From Candidatus Micrarchaeia archaeon (GTDB taxonomy: Archaea; Micrarchaeota; Micrarchaeia; Anstonellales; Bilamarchaeaceae), in assembly GCA_050303335.1 (NCBI GenBank), contig JBNLBN010000001.1, positions 42,239-106,238 of the forward strand: DNA of 64,000 nucleotides, read 5' to 3'. The position numbers and the translations under genes are program-made. Below, piece after piece: positions 27,507-36,602 of this stretch (positions within the stretch are counted from its first letter, which is position 1; every line of letters starts with the position of its first letter). Below the pieces are notes generated by a model. That model did not search any database. It worked only from the letters and a program-made list of their open reading frames with translations, and was not told where the DNA came from.

Positions 27507-27771
27507 TGCAGGTTTTTGGCATCTTATTGCCGGAACCAGGGGAGGCCCGACACGGCTGGGCATACTTTTGGCTTTGTTAGAAGGACCGCTGAATGCCAAC
27601 CAGATCTGCGAGATCATGTCCATGGATTACAAGACCGTCCGCCATCATCTTGATATTCTTGAAAAGAACCACCTTCTTGAGGTGTCGAAGGAGAAGAAAT
27701 ACGGAGAGCAGTATGCGCTCCGGGAATTCGTCAGGGAGAAACTCTCCAAGATGAATTTGGGGAAACTATAA
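27493..27771 (+). CDS. ArsR-family winged-HTH transcriptional regulator
   Basis: 92 aa with an ICEIMSMDYKTVRHHLDILEKNHLL HTH. Confidence 0.6.
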   Translation: MDPVDAGFWHLIAGTRGGPTRLGILLALLEGPLNANQICEIMSMDYKTVRHHLDILEKNHLLEVSKEKKYGEQYALREFVREKLSKMNLGKL

Positions 27772-27796
27772 TAAATGAAATAAACGAGGTAAAAAT

Positions 27797-28081
27797 ATGG
27801 AAGTAATCGATATCGCGGTCATAATAAACGTGCTCAACGTCCTGCTGCTCTCAGCCCTGCTTTACACCTATGGAAAGAATTATTTCTCGGTCAAGGCGAA
27901 ATTCTGCCTCGGGCTGATATTGTTTGCGGGCCTTTTTATGATTCAGAACCTTATCGCGATCTACTTTGAGCTCTTCCAGTCCCACTGCTATTCGCAAGAC
28001 ACTGCGCAGTTCTCGCTGATACTAAACATCATCCAGACATTCGGCTTCACGTCCCTGCTGTATATAACCTGGAATCCCTAG
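27797..28081 (+). CDS. Small hydrophobic protein with 3 predicted helices (pilin/VirB2-like candidate)
   Basis: 94 aa, almost entirely hydrophobic. It sits immediately upstream of the membrane/ATPase module. Confidence 0.4.
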   Translation: MEVIDIAVIINVLNVLLLSALLYTYGKNYFSVKAKFCLGLILFAGLFMIQNLIAIYFELFQSHCYSQDTAQFSLILNIIQTFGFTSLLYITWNP

Positions 28082-28109
28082 CGAAAGCTATTTAATAGAT
28101 GGATAAGAT

Positions 28110-29165
28110 TTGGCTCCTATGGCAGATTTTCCTGGTGTAGAGATCGCAGTCACTGTTGTTTTCGCCTCGATCCTGCTCGCCGCCATCATGATAGGTCTTG
28201 GCAGGGCACTGCAATACAAGCGGATCGAATCCTTCGGAATCGAGGAACTCATACAGTCAATCATTAACGCAGCGATAATCGGAGCCTTCGCAGCAGTTAC
28301 GGAACTGGTCGCATCGATAAGCTCCACCATCGTCACTCCGATATGCCAGGAAGGGAACGTTATAGAGCAGCTGATCTGCGTGCTTTCCTCTGTAAACGAT
28401 ATGCTCTTCTCGATGTTCAAAGAGCTTGTGCAGATCATGAACCTGGTGGGATACTACCAGTCGATCTCGCTTGATTTCGGCGCCTTCATGATCACGCCGT
28501 TCGAGAATCTTGCCACCCTCTCAGGGGTGCTCTCCACCCAGCTGTTCACGCTCAATGCGCTGATAATTCTTGTTTCCCTCAATATCCAGGTTGGAAGCTT
28601 CATAGGAGAAAACGCCATGGGCCTCCTGTTTCCGGTGGGCCTTGTCCTGAGAACGTTTTTCGCAACAAGGAAGGTCGGCGGATTCCTCATTGCGCTTTCC
28701 CTGGGGCTATTCATCTTCTTCCCGACATTCATCATGATATTCCCGGATCCGCAGCCGAATGCGAACGAGTCTGCACTGCTGATGCAGAATTTCACGAACA
28801 ACAGCTTCTATGCGACCCCGCCAATCATCGACCTGAACGACAACTATGCCATTGCAGGAAAATTCGACATCCTTTCAGGAAGGTGCAAACAGCAGAACAC
28901 AACCAACATAACGAACGTCACATCGAACTGCAATGAGACGCTGGTACTCTACAACATATCCAACCTCTCGGCCAACAACACCTCGGTTGATTTCACGTCC
29001 GACATAACTGAAATAGTGCAGTCAAACAACAACGTGCTTGCGAAAGTCCTCCTTTATTCAGTTCTAGCGCCCGTCTTCTCGCTGCTTATCACAGTTGTTT
29101 TCGTCAAGGAACTCGCGACGATTCTCGGCAGTGAAGTAGGGATAAAAACCATAGCTTCAATTTAA
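28110..29165 (+). CDS. Polytopic membrane protein (VirB6/CedA-like candidate) with an N-glycosylation-rich extracellular segment
   Basis: 351 aa with 5-6 TM helices. NTTNITNVTSNCNETLVLYNISNLSANNTS is a sequon cluster before a final TM. Confidence 0.45.
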   Translation: MAPMADFPGVEIAVTVVFASILLAAIMIGLGRALQYKRIESFGIEELIQSIINAAIIGAFAAVTELVASISSTIVTPICQEGNVIEQLICVLSSVNDMLFSMFKELVQIMNLVGYYQSISLDFGAFMITPFENLATLSGVLSTQLFTLNALIILVSLNIQVGSFIGENAMGLLFPVGLVLRTFFATRKVGGFLIALSLGLFIFFPTFIMIFPDPQPNANESALLMQNFTNNSFYATPPIIDLNDNYAIAGKFDILSGRCKQQNTTNITNVTSNCNETLVLYNISNLSANNTSVDFTSDITEIVQSNNNVLAKVLLYSVLAPVFSLLITVVFVKELATILGSEVGIKTIASI

Positions 29166-29189
29166 AAATTTGGCAGGTGAGAAATTAAC

Positions 29190-29972
29190 ATGATTATAAA
29201 CCGCGCTATAACCATAATTGCTCTTGTAGGCGGAATTCTTGCTATAATCCTGTCTATCCTTTCCGGAAATTTCCTCTTTCCGATACTCGCATCATTGCTT
29301 TTCAGTTTCAGCCTGCTCATATGGAAATACGGCTATCTTTTCATTCCGGTCATCACCAAGGCGACGAACATAGTCGAGGTGCGCGGTTCATATCAGGTGC
29401 CATCTTCCAGGGATCACATACTGATGAAGACTGACAACGGCTATTACGCGTCAAAATTCCTTGAGGTTAAATTCTATGAAAGCTCGATGGAAAAGGACAC
29501 CACGGAAAAAAAGAACATGTTCGAATCCTTCGAGAAGGCAATAAGTTCGCTAAAATACGTTGTAAAAGTAAGCCTGATGATCACGACGCTTGACCTTTCT
29601 CGCCATATTGACGAGATAAAGACAAGGCGGGCAACTGTTGAAGCGAAAAAGTCAAAGGAAGCGAAACTGGCGCAGAACGAGGCACTCAGGATGGACCGTG
29701 AACTTGCGTACCTGAACAGGCTCCTTGACAGGATCACGCAGGGAGAACGGCCTGTCGAAGTAGTCGCATTCGCATCCACTACGGCCTTCGGCCTGACAAG
29801 GGACGAGGCGACCAGCAGGGTGAACCGGCAGGCAAAGGAAATACGGACAATACTTTCCAGTTCGCTCGGATGCGAGGTCCGCGACCTGAAGGACACAGAC
29901 ATGCTCAAATGCTTTGAATGGGACTATTTCTTCCCGACAACAAGAGAAGAAATCAAGGATTCCCTCTTTTAG
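29190..29972 (+). CDS. Membrane protein with an N-terminal 2-TM hairpin plus a cytoplasmic coiled-coil domain (VirB3-like candidate)
   Basis: 260 aa. Two hydrophobic helices in the first 60 aa, then a charged helical domain. Confidence 0.4.
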   Translation: MIINRAITIIALVGGILAIILSILSGNFLFPILASLLFSFSLLIWKYGYLFIPVITKATNIVEVRGSYQVPSSRDHILMKTDNGYYASKFLEVKFYESSMEKDTTEKKNMFESFEKAISSLKYVVKVSLMITTLDLSRHIDEIKTRRATVEAKKSKEAKLAQNEALRMDRELAYLNRLLDRITQGERPVEVVAFASTTAFGLTRDEATSRVNRQAKEIRTILSSSLGCEVRDLKDTDMLKCFEWDYFFPTTREEIKDSLF

Positions 29973-30019
29973 AAAACTTTATATATCCCACTGTTGAGTA
30001 CTTGTTGGGTTGAGGTGGA

Positions 30020-31573
30020 ATGAAGTCTTCATATATGCTCTCTAAGGAGCTTGCGCGCAATATGATTTTTGTGCATCCTCCGGAGCCGAGAAAAGATCTA
30101 TTGCTTTCAGATCCGATGCAGGGAGTCTATATCGGGAAAACAAGGTTTCTCGGCACTCCCGTATTCTGGGATCCGAAGAAGCTCATTAATCCGCACATTG
30201 CGATACTCGGAATTACCGGTTCCGGTAAAAGTTATACTGTAAAGACTTTTCTCACAAGGGCATCTTTAATCTGGAACACCAATGCAGTGATACTTGACTG
30301 GGTCGGAGAATACAGGGAATGGGTAAGGCAGGCAGGGGGGAGGATCATAGATCTTTCTGAAGAAAGGCTTAATATCCTCGACCTGGTCGGACTTCCGAAA
30401 AGGAGCCGGATCAGGCACATAATTTCAGCACTGGACATACTTGTGGACCTGAAGGCATATCCCAACGAGCGTGACGAGATCGAGCAGTCGCTTGAGGAGA
30501 TATATTTCAACCATTCTAGCAAGATGCCTGCAATGGCCGAGATAAACCGGAAGCTCTCGAAGAAGAACATAACCAAGAAAGAGAAACAGGAACTGCTCTC
30601 AAAGCTAAGCAAGCTGGAGAGCTGCAAGCCCACGCTTATCGATGTCGTCAACCTCCTTGAGAAGAAGGGGAAGAGGAAGGCTGCCAGGCTACTGAAGCGA
30701 TTCACCGTGGAAGGCACTGATTTCTTTGCAGGAAATTCTACAATGGACGTCAAGGCGCTTACAAACAGCGGACTTGTCTGCGTTGATCTCCACAATCTCC
30801 CGACAGAGGAGATGAGGAGTCTTGCCGGGCTCACGATCCTCCAGTACATAAAGGAGATAATGCGCCAGGAAAAAATGGAGGAGGACCATAAGAAGGTGAA
30901 GCTCTTCGTCGTCCTAGATGAGGCATGGAAGATCGCGCAGGACGAGAGGTCCGACGTGATCACCATAGTCCGTGAAGGTCGGAAGTACAACTTCTCGCTC
31001 GTGATCGCTACCCAGAACCCGACAGATATGCACAAGACGATCTTCAGCAACATCGGCTCGATCTTCGTGCTGCGCCTTGTTCTTAAGGAATACAGGGATT
31101 ACGTAAAGAATTCCATAGGATATTCCGAATTCATTGACAACGAGATATCCAAGTTCGGTGTGGGGGATGCCGCGGTCAACATGATATTTTCTGAGAGGCA
31201 GTCAAAGGTCATGACATTCCTGATGAATAAGATTGATGGAGAAGAGCCTCTTTTCCTCTACAAGATAAAGGGTGGAGAGATGAATATTGAAATCGAACGT
31301 GAACAGTTTGTTCAGATGCTTTATGAATTGGGACTTAACGAGGGCCAGCTGGGAATGATAAAAGCCCAGTTCGAGAAGGGAGACGGTCTGCTTGAAGGCG
31401 AGGAGCTTGTTGCAATACTGGAAAAGTTCGGATATTCCAGGCCATCGATCATATCATTCCTGCGGCAGCTTGGGATAGACGAGAAGAACCTTATAAAGGT
31501 GTTTTCCCTGGTCAGGATGCGGAAAGCGACCAAGGGGGTCGTTCATCTCGTAATGGAGGATGGAAATGTCTGA
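30020..31573 (+). CDS. HerA/FtsK-superfamily (DUF87, VirB4/CedB-like) ATPase
   Basis: Walker A ILGITGSGKSYTVK about 60 aa from the N-terminus, so there is no HAS-barrel. Walker B VVLDEAWK. ATQNPTD motif. ~100-aa C-terminal helical extension. Confidence 0.65.
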   Translation: MKSSYMLSKELARNMIFVHPPEPRKDLLLSDPMQGVYIGKTRFLGTPVFWDPKKLINPHIAILGITGSGKSYTVKTFLTRASLIWNTNAVILDWVGEYREWVRQAGGRIIDLSEERLNILDLVGLPKRSRIRHIISALDILVDLKAYPNERDEIEQSLEEIYFNHSSKMPAMAEINRKLSKKNITKKEKQELLSKLSKLESCKPTLIDVVNLLEKKGKRKAARLLKRFTVEGTDFFAGNSTMDVKALTNSGLVCVDLHNLPTEEMRSLAGLTILQYIKEIMRQEKMEEDHKKVKLFVVLDEAWKIAQDERSDVITIVREGRKYNFSLVIATQNPTDMHKTIFSNIGSIFVLRLVLKEYRDYVKNSIGYSEFIDNEISKFGVGDAAVNMIFSERQSKVMTFLMNKIDGEEPLFLYKIKGGEMNIEIEREQFVQMLYELGLNEGQLGMIKAQFEKGDGLLEGEELVAILEKFGYSRPSIISFLRQLGIDEKNLIKVFSLVRMRKATKGVVHLVMEDGNV

Positions 31574-32267
31574 AGAAAAGATCGTAGTAAAATGCAAGCA
31601 GAAGAAAAACCTCAAGGCCCTTGCATCGCTTTTCGGGGGGCTGGGATTCACCAAAATCACATACTCAAAGGGAACGCTGGCAATAGAAAAGACGAGGGGC
31701 ACCGATCTTCGGGGGAATCCCTATCTTGAATACAGGGTTGAATTCATCGGCGACGAGATCATCTTCACATTCAGCCTCTCAGGAAAACGCAGCAAGAACG
31801 CGAGGCTTCTTGAACTGATGCCGACATTCCTGAACATCCTGCAGGTCGCGGAGGATTACTACGACATAAACCCAACTCAGATTTTTTCCAACATCAACAC
31901 TGTTCTTCAGGAACTTTCAAAGATCATAGACAAGGACGCGGTCGAGTTTTCCACGCAGCTAACAGACCTGCAGGCGAAATTCGACGATCTCAACAGGAAG
32001 TATTCGGACCTCGTCCGCTCAAGCGAGGCAAATACCAGGATACTGCTGGAGTGCGAAAGGAAGCGGGATGAGCAGCAGAAGAAACTTTCCCAGCTTACCG
32101 GCATGAGCGACGAACTCCTAAAGGAATCTCTGTTCACATGGATCAAGGTCCACAGCGGATCGATAGACATCCGGGAATTCTCCAAGGTCAATTCCATCTC
32201 AGTATCAAGGACGGAAGAGGGCCTGGACCAGCTGATCCGTGAAGGGTACATAAGGAGGAGGGTTTAA
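31560..32267 (+). CDS. Coiled-coil protein with a C-terminal winged-HTH domain, translationally coupled to the ATPase
   Basis: 235 aa. It overlaps the ATPase by 14 nt. The C-terminal ISVSRTEEGLDQLIREGYIRRR is wHTH-like. Confidence 0.4.
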   Translation: MEMSEEKIVVKCKQKKNLKALASLFGGLGFTKITYSKGTLAIEKTRGTDLRGNPYLEYRVEFIGDEIIFTFSLSGKRSKNARLLELMPTFLNILQVAEDYYDINPTQIFSNINTVLQELSKIIDKDAVEFSTQLTDLQAKFDDLNRKYSDLVRSSEANTRILLECERKRDEQQKKLSQLTGMSDELLKESLFTWIKVHSGSIDIREFSKVNSISVSRTEEGLDQLIREGYIRRRV

Positions 32268-32406
32268 CCGTGAAAAAGCTTGAAGTGAACTACCTATTCG
32301 CCTTCGAGATCCTCAAGCCCTACAATTTCACGAGGTCATACATTATCAAAGCCCCGCTAAAAAAGTCTTTTAAAGAGAAGTTGGCTGAAATGTTAACAGG
32401 TCGGAT

Positions 32407-33702
32407 ATGATGAAAGTCTTACTAGTTGGAAATGGAGCAAGAGAACATGCAGTGGCAGCAAGACTCGCAACGGACTGCGAAGTATATTCAATCATGTCGA
32501 AAAAGAATCCGGCAATCGCACAACTCTCAAGAGAATACTGGACCTGCGACATAGAAAGTCCGGAAGAAGTCTCAAAAATTATAAATGACAGGGATTTCGA
32601 CCTAGGATTCTCAAGCCCGGATGCCACGCTGGCCGCAGGGATCAGCGACGTACTTTCAAAAAAGATGCTCGTTGCCTCCCCGACCATGGCTGCATCGCGA
32701 ATAGAATGGGACAAGTCGTTCATGAGGTCGCTTGCAGAGAAATACCACATTTCAGGCGCTCCTGTCCACAAGGTGATTCAGGATGATTCCGATCTGGAAT
32801 CATTTATCAGGGATCTGCAGGATGTAGCTGTCAAGCCGCTCGGTCTCACCGGAGGAAAAGGCGTTAAGGTAAGCGGTGACCACTTCAGGGACCCAAGCGA
32901 GGCAATTGATTATGCCAAGACGCTTATGCGCAAGGACGGATCTGTTCTTATTGAGGAAAAGCTGATTGGCGAGGAGTTCACGCTCCAGGCGTTCTGTGAC
33001 GGATCCAGGATCGCCCTAATGCCCCCTGTCCAGGACCATAAGCGCGCCTATGTCAATGACGAAGGGCCGAACACCGGCGGCATGGGAAGCTATTCCACAG
33101 GAAAAAAGCTTCCGTTTCTTACTGATTCAGATCTGGACGTTGCAAAAAAAGTCATCCAGGAGACGGTTCATTCGCTCCGGAAAGAAGGAAGCCCGTTCAA
33201 GGGAATCCTCTACGGGCAGTTCATAATAACCAAGAGCGGTATAAAACTCATAGAATTCAACGCAAGGTTCGGAGATCCCGAAGCAATGAACGTGATGACT
33301 CTGCTTGAAGGCTCGCTTTCAGATGTGTTCCTTTCGATGGCGGAAGGACAGCTGAAGGGCGCAGATTTTTCGGAGGACAATACCGTTGTCAAGTACCTGG
33401 TTCCCAAGGGCTATCCGGACAATCCGCTAAAGGATGCCGAAGTGAATGTCGATGCATCATCTCTCGAACAAAGCGGCGCGTCATTGTTTTATGCCTCAGT
33501 ATATGAGAAATCCGGAAAGATCTTTACAACTTCGTCCAGGGCTTTCGGGCTTGTCGGCAGGGCAGCAACCCTTGAGGAGGCAGAGAAAATCTCCGAGGAA
33601 TCCTGCAAGTACATAACAGGCCCGCTTTGGCACAGGGAGGATATCGGAACCAAGCAAGTGATCGAGAGGAAAATCAGGCGCATGAAAGAAATTCGTGGTT
33701 AA
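32407..33702 (+). CDS. purD: Phosphoribosylamine--glycine ligase
   Basis: 431 aa with an ATP-grasp fold: MKVLLVGNGAREHA N-terminus and EFNARFGDPE. Confidence 0.85.
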   Translation: MMKVLLVGNGAREHAVAARLATDCEVYSIMSKKNPAIAQLSREYWTCDIESPEEVSKIINDRDFDLGFSSPDATLAAGISDVLSKKMLVASPTMAASRIEWDKSFMRSLAEKYHISGAPVHKVIQDDSDLESFIRDLQDVAVKPLGLTGGKGVKVSGDHFRDPSEAIDYAKTLMRKDGSVLIEEKLIGEEFTLQAFCDGSRIALMPPVQDHKRAYVNDEGPNTGGMGSYSTGKKLPFLTDSDLDVAKKVIQETVHSLRKEGSPFKGILYGQFIITKSGIKLIEFNARFGDPEAMNVMTLLEGSLSDVFLSMAEGQLKGADFSEDNTVVKYLVPKGYPDNPLKDAEVNVDASSLEQSGASLFYASVYEKSGKIFTTSSRAFGLVGRAATLEEAEKISEESCKYITGPLWHREDIGTKQVIERKIRRMKEIRG

Positions 33703-34800
33703 ATGAGATTCTTCCTCATACTGCTCATCCCGCTAGTGTTTTCTTCCTCCGTTATTACCATCGAGCGCACATGGGATATCGATCCACTGTCCGAGCTGAA
33801 TGGTGCGCTGGTCCTGAACAACAGCCACCAGAAGGTCCTTTTCGTCGATTCGAACGCAAACATCTCCAGCCTCGGAGAGAAGGTAATGATCAATTCCCAG
33901 GGAAAGCATTCCGTATGGGCAAGAGCGAACGTCCTTGTAAACTATGACGTGAAATTCCAGGAAGATCCGCCTCTTCCTGCAGGAAGTCCTGAACTTACCG
34001 GGATGACAACCTATGACGATCTGATCCGGGACAAAGCGAGGAATCTTTCAACAGATTCAACTTTCTCGACAATCAAGAATGTCCTACTTTTCGTTCACAA
34101 CAATATTGAATATGATGAGAGCTACTGGGACAAAAACCGCACGGCGATTGAGACGTTCGCAGAGAAAAAGGGCGTCTGCGTGCAGTATACCCACCTTTTC
34201 ATTTCCATGATGAACTCGCTAGGATTCGAGACCCGCTATGTTGTTGGATATGTGTATCTGGACGACTGGCAGCCCCATACCTGGGCGGAAGTGAAGCTTC
34301 CTTCCGGATGGCTTCCGGCAGATCCGACCCTGGGTCAGCTGGGAAATCTCGAATCAAATCATATAGGCATCAATTTCGGGAAGGACCAGATGACGACCTA
34401 TGATTCCATTCTCACGCAGAATCCAGGGGGAAATTTCAGTTCCATGGACAGCCTCCTCATGACGAGGGATCCTCCGGCAAAAACTGGGTTTGTCTCAATG
34501 AATTATTCCAATTACACTGTAACAGTTAAATTGCAAAATCCCGGCAGTTCATATCTTTTTGCAAACTTCGCATTTGAGTCACCATTCAAAAGCGAAGACA
34601 CCATCATCGTGATGAAGCCGAATTCCACATCATACAGGTATTATGGCCTGAACCGCTCAGTAAAAGACACAATACCCATAACGGTCAGGCTGAACGACGA
34701 AGTGCTTGAGCGCAGGATAGTTGTTACTGAGCAGCAGTCAACCTGCATAGGCATGTTTATCCTCGTTTTGTTAGCGCTTAAAAATGCTTTTATCCAGTAA
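33703..34800 (+). CDS. Secreted transglutaminase-like cysteine protease-fold protein with a C-terminal TM anchor
   Basis: Signal peptide. Cys-His-Asp core GVCVQYTHLFISMMNSLGFETRYVVGYV...HTWAEV...D. C-terminal hydrophobic tail. Confidence 0.6.
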   Translation: MRFFLILLIPLVFSSSVITIERTWDIDPLSELNGALVLNNSHQKVLFVDSNANISSLGEKVMINSQGKHSVWARANVLVNYDVKFQEDPPLPAGSPELTGMTTYDDLIRDKARNLSTDSTFSTIKNVLLFVHNNIEYDESYWDKNRTAIETFAEKKGVCVQYTHLFISMMNSLGFETRYVVGYVYLDDWQPHTWAEVKLPSGWLPADPTLGQLGNLESNHIGINFGKDQMTTYDSILTQNPGGNFSSMDSLLMTRDPPAKTGFVSMNYSNYTVTVKLQNPGSSYLFANFAFESPFKSEDTIIVMKPNSTSYRYYGLNRSVKDTIPITVRLNDEVLERRIVVTEQQSTCIGMFILVLLALKNAFIQ

Positions 34801-34806
34801 TCTGCC

Positions 34807-35850
34807 ATGGCTGAAGTTCACATAATAGGCGCTGGTCCAGTTGGATCACTGGCAGCTATTTCAGCATTGAAAAACGGCCATGACGTGATCGTATCAGAAG
34901 AGCATGCGAGTGCCGGATCGCCTGAAAACTGCTCGGGGCTGTTTTCAAGGGACGGACTCGAATCGCTCCATATTGATTACAGGAAACTGATCGTCAATCC
35001 GATTTACGGCGCCGACATCCACATCGGATCGGAAAAACTTGAGATCAGGAGGGATGATCCGGTAGGTTTCGTACTCGACCGGGGGCAGCTTGATTACAGC
35101 CTTGCACAAAAGGCCCAGGACATGGGAGCCAAAATTAACTTCAACGAGAGGGTGAAGGGGAATTTCTACTCCAGAACCATTATAGGAGCAGACGGGCCGA
35201 TGTCCCATGTAGCTTCGCATTTCAGGTTCCCGAAAATATCTTCATTCGCCTCGACAATGCAGGAAACCCTACCCTTCAGTTCGGAAGATCCGCATATTGT
35301 CCAGGTCTTCCTTTCCTCCAGATTCCCTGGCTTTTTCGGATGGATAATACCAAAGGACGAGGACTTTGCAGAATTCGGAGCAGGTGTCAAGGTTCCGAAC
35401 CAGCCCGCACCGGCATTCCGCCATCTGCTCAAAATGAAAAGCCTGGCCCCAAAAAAACCAAGGGGCTGGCTGATACCGATCAGTACCAGGAAGAAAACAT
35501 CAATGAAAAACGGCTACAATGTCCTTCTTGCAGGGGATGCAGCAGGCCAGGTCAAATCCACCACAGGTGGAGGTGTAATATTCGGAGGTTACTGCGCGGA
35601 GATAGCTGGCCGAACCCTGGATCCGCTCAAATACGACATTGAATGGAACCTGAGGTACGGTCCGGACCTTAAAATCCACAACCTTGTACATTCATTCCTG
35701 GAAAACAAGTCTGAAAAGGAGCTTTCCCGGCTGGGCCAAAGGCTTAAGAAGCTGAATTGCGATGGTTTTCTGTCAAATTTCGGGCATATGGATAAGCCGA
35801 CAAAAATGATCGGACCCCAGATAATGGCCCATCTACTCAAGGTGTTCTGA
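34807..35850 (+). CDS. Geranylgeranyl reductase family (digeranylgeranylglycerophospholipid reductase)
   Basis: IIGAGPVGS FAD-binding N-terminus and a LAGDAAG motif. Confidence 0.75.
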   Translation: MAEVHIIGAGPVGSLAAISALKNGHDVIVSEEHASAGSPENCSGLFSRDGLESLHIDYRKLIVNPIYGADIHIGSEKLEIRRDDPVGFVLDRGQLDYSLAQKAQDMGAKINFNERVKGNFYSRTIIGADGPMSHVASHFRFPKISSFASTMQETLPFSSEDPHIVQVFLSSRFPGFFGWIIPKDEDFAEFGAGVKVPNQPAPAFRHLLKMKSLAPKKPRGWLIPISTRKKTSMKNGYNVLLAGDAAGQVKSTTGGGVIFGGYCAEIAGRTLDPLKYDIEWNLRYGPDLKIHNLVHSFLENKSEKELSRLGQRLKKLNCDGFLSNFGHMDKPTKMIGPQIMAHLLKVF

Positions 35851-36602
35851 TGAAAGTTGAAAAGTACATTAATGAGGAACTTGAAAAAAAGAAGGGTCTT
35901 CTCTTTGCATTGATCGACCCGCTTGATTACAAGTCTCCGGAACAGGCGATCCTCACAGCCAAAAATGCTGATGAGGGGGGAGCTGACCTGATACTGATCG
36001 GTGGAAGTACAGGTGTGCAGGGCGAGGTGCTTGACGCTGTTACCAAGGAAATTAAATCCGTGACATCAAAACCTGTCGTCCTTTTCCCGGGAAACATCGG
36101 CACGCTGACCAAATATGCCGATGCCGTCTATTTCATGTCAATGCTCAATTCCAGGAACCCATACTGGATAAGCGAAGCCCAGATGCTTGCAGCGCCGGTC
36201 GTCCGGTATTACGGAGTGGAGCCGCTGCCTGTTGCATATACGGTAGTCGAGCCGGGCGGAACTGTCGGCTGGGTGGGCGATGCAAAGAAGATCCCCCGCA
36301 CGAAGCCCAAGATAGCAGCCGCATATGCAATGGCGGCAGAATACATGGGATTCAGGATATTCATAACTGATGCAGGATCGAATCCTGAAAACGGCCATAT
36401 TCCCCTGGAGATGATCAGCGCAGTCAAATCATCCATCTCCATCCCATACATCGTTGCTGGAGGAGTGAGGACTCCGGATCAGGCAAAATCGGTGATGAAG
36501 GCAGGAGCCGACATCATACAGGTCGGGACAGCATTCGAGAAGGAAAATGCGATCTCAAAAGTAAAGGCAATGGTGAAGGCGGTAAGGGAGGGGAAAAAAT
36601 GA
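35850..36602 (+). CDS. Geranylgeranylglyceryl phosphate synthase (GGGPS / PcrB family)
   Basis: 250 aa TIM-barrel with LIGGS and GGVR/GAD motifs typical of GGGPS. It is coupled to the reductase upstream. Confidence 0.75.
   Translation: MKVEKYINEELEKKKGLLFALIDPLDYKSPEQAILTAKNADEGGADLILIGGSTGVQGEVLDAVTKEIKSVTSKPVVLFPGNIGTLTKYADAVYFMSMLNSRNPYWISEAQMLAAPVVRYYGVEPLPVAYTVVEPGGTVGWVGDAKKIPRTKPKIAAAYAMAAEYMGFRIFITDAGSNPENGHIPLEMISAVKSSISIPYIVAGGVRTPDQAKSVMKAGADIIQVGTAFEKENAISKVKAMVKAVREGKK

Noticed and set aside
30232-31053. 273-aa minus-strand ORF inside the VirB4/HerA-like ATPase gene.
   Set aside because: It lies antisense to an ORF with intact Walker A/B motifs. There are no recognisable motifs on the antisense frame.
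32269-32409. 46-codon GTG-initiated ORF in the purD upstream region (VKKLEVNYLFAFEILKPYNFTRSYIIKAPLKKSFKEKLAEMLTGRI).
   Set aside because: It is too short and has no supporting signal. The region more plausibly holds the purD promoter, with a ctaaaaaagtcttttaaag TATA-like element ~30 nt upstream of the ATG.
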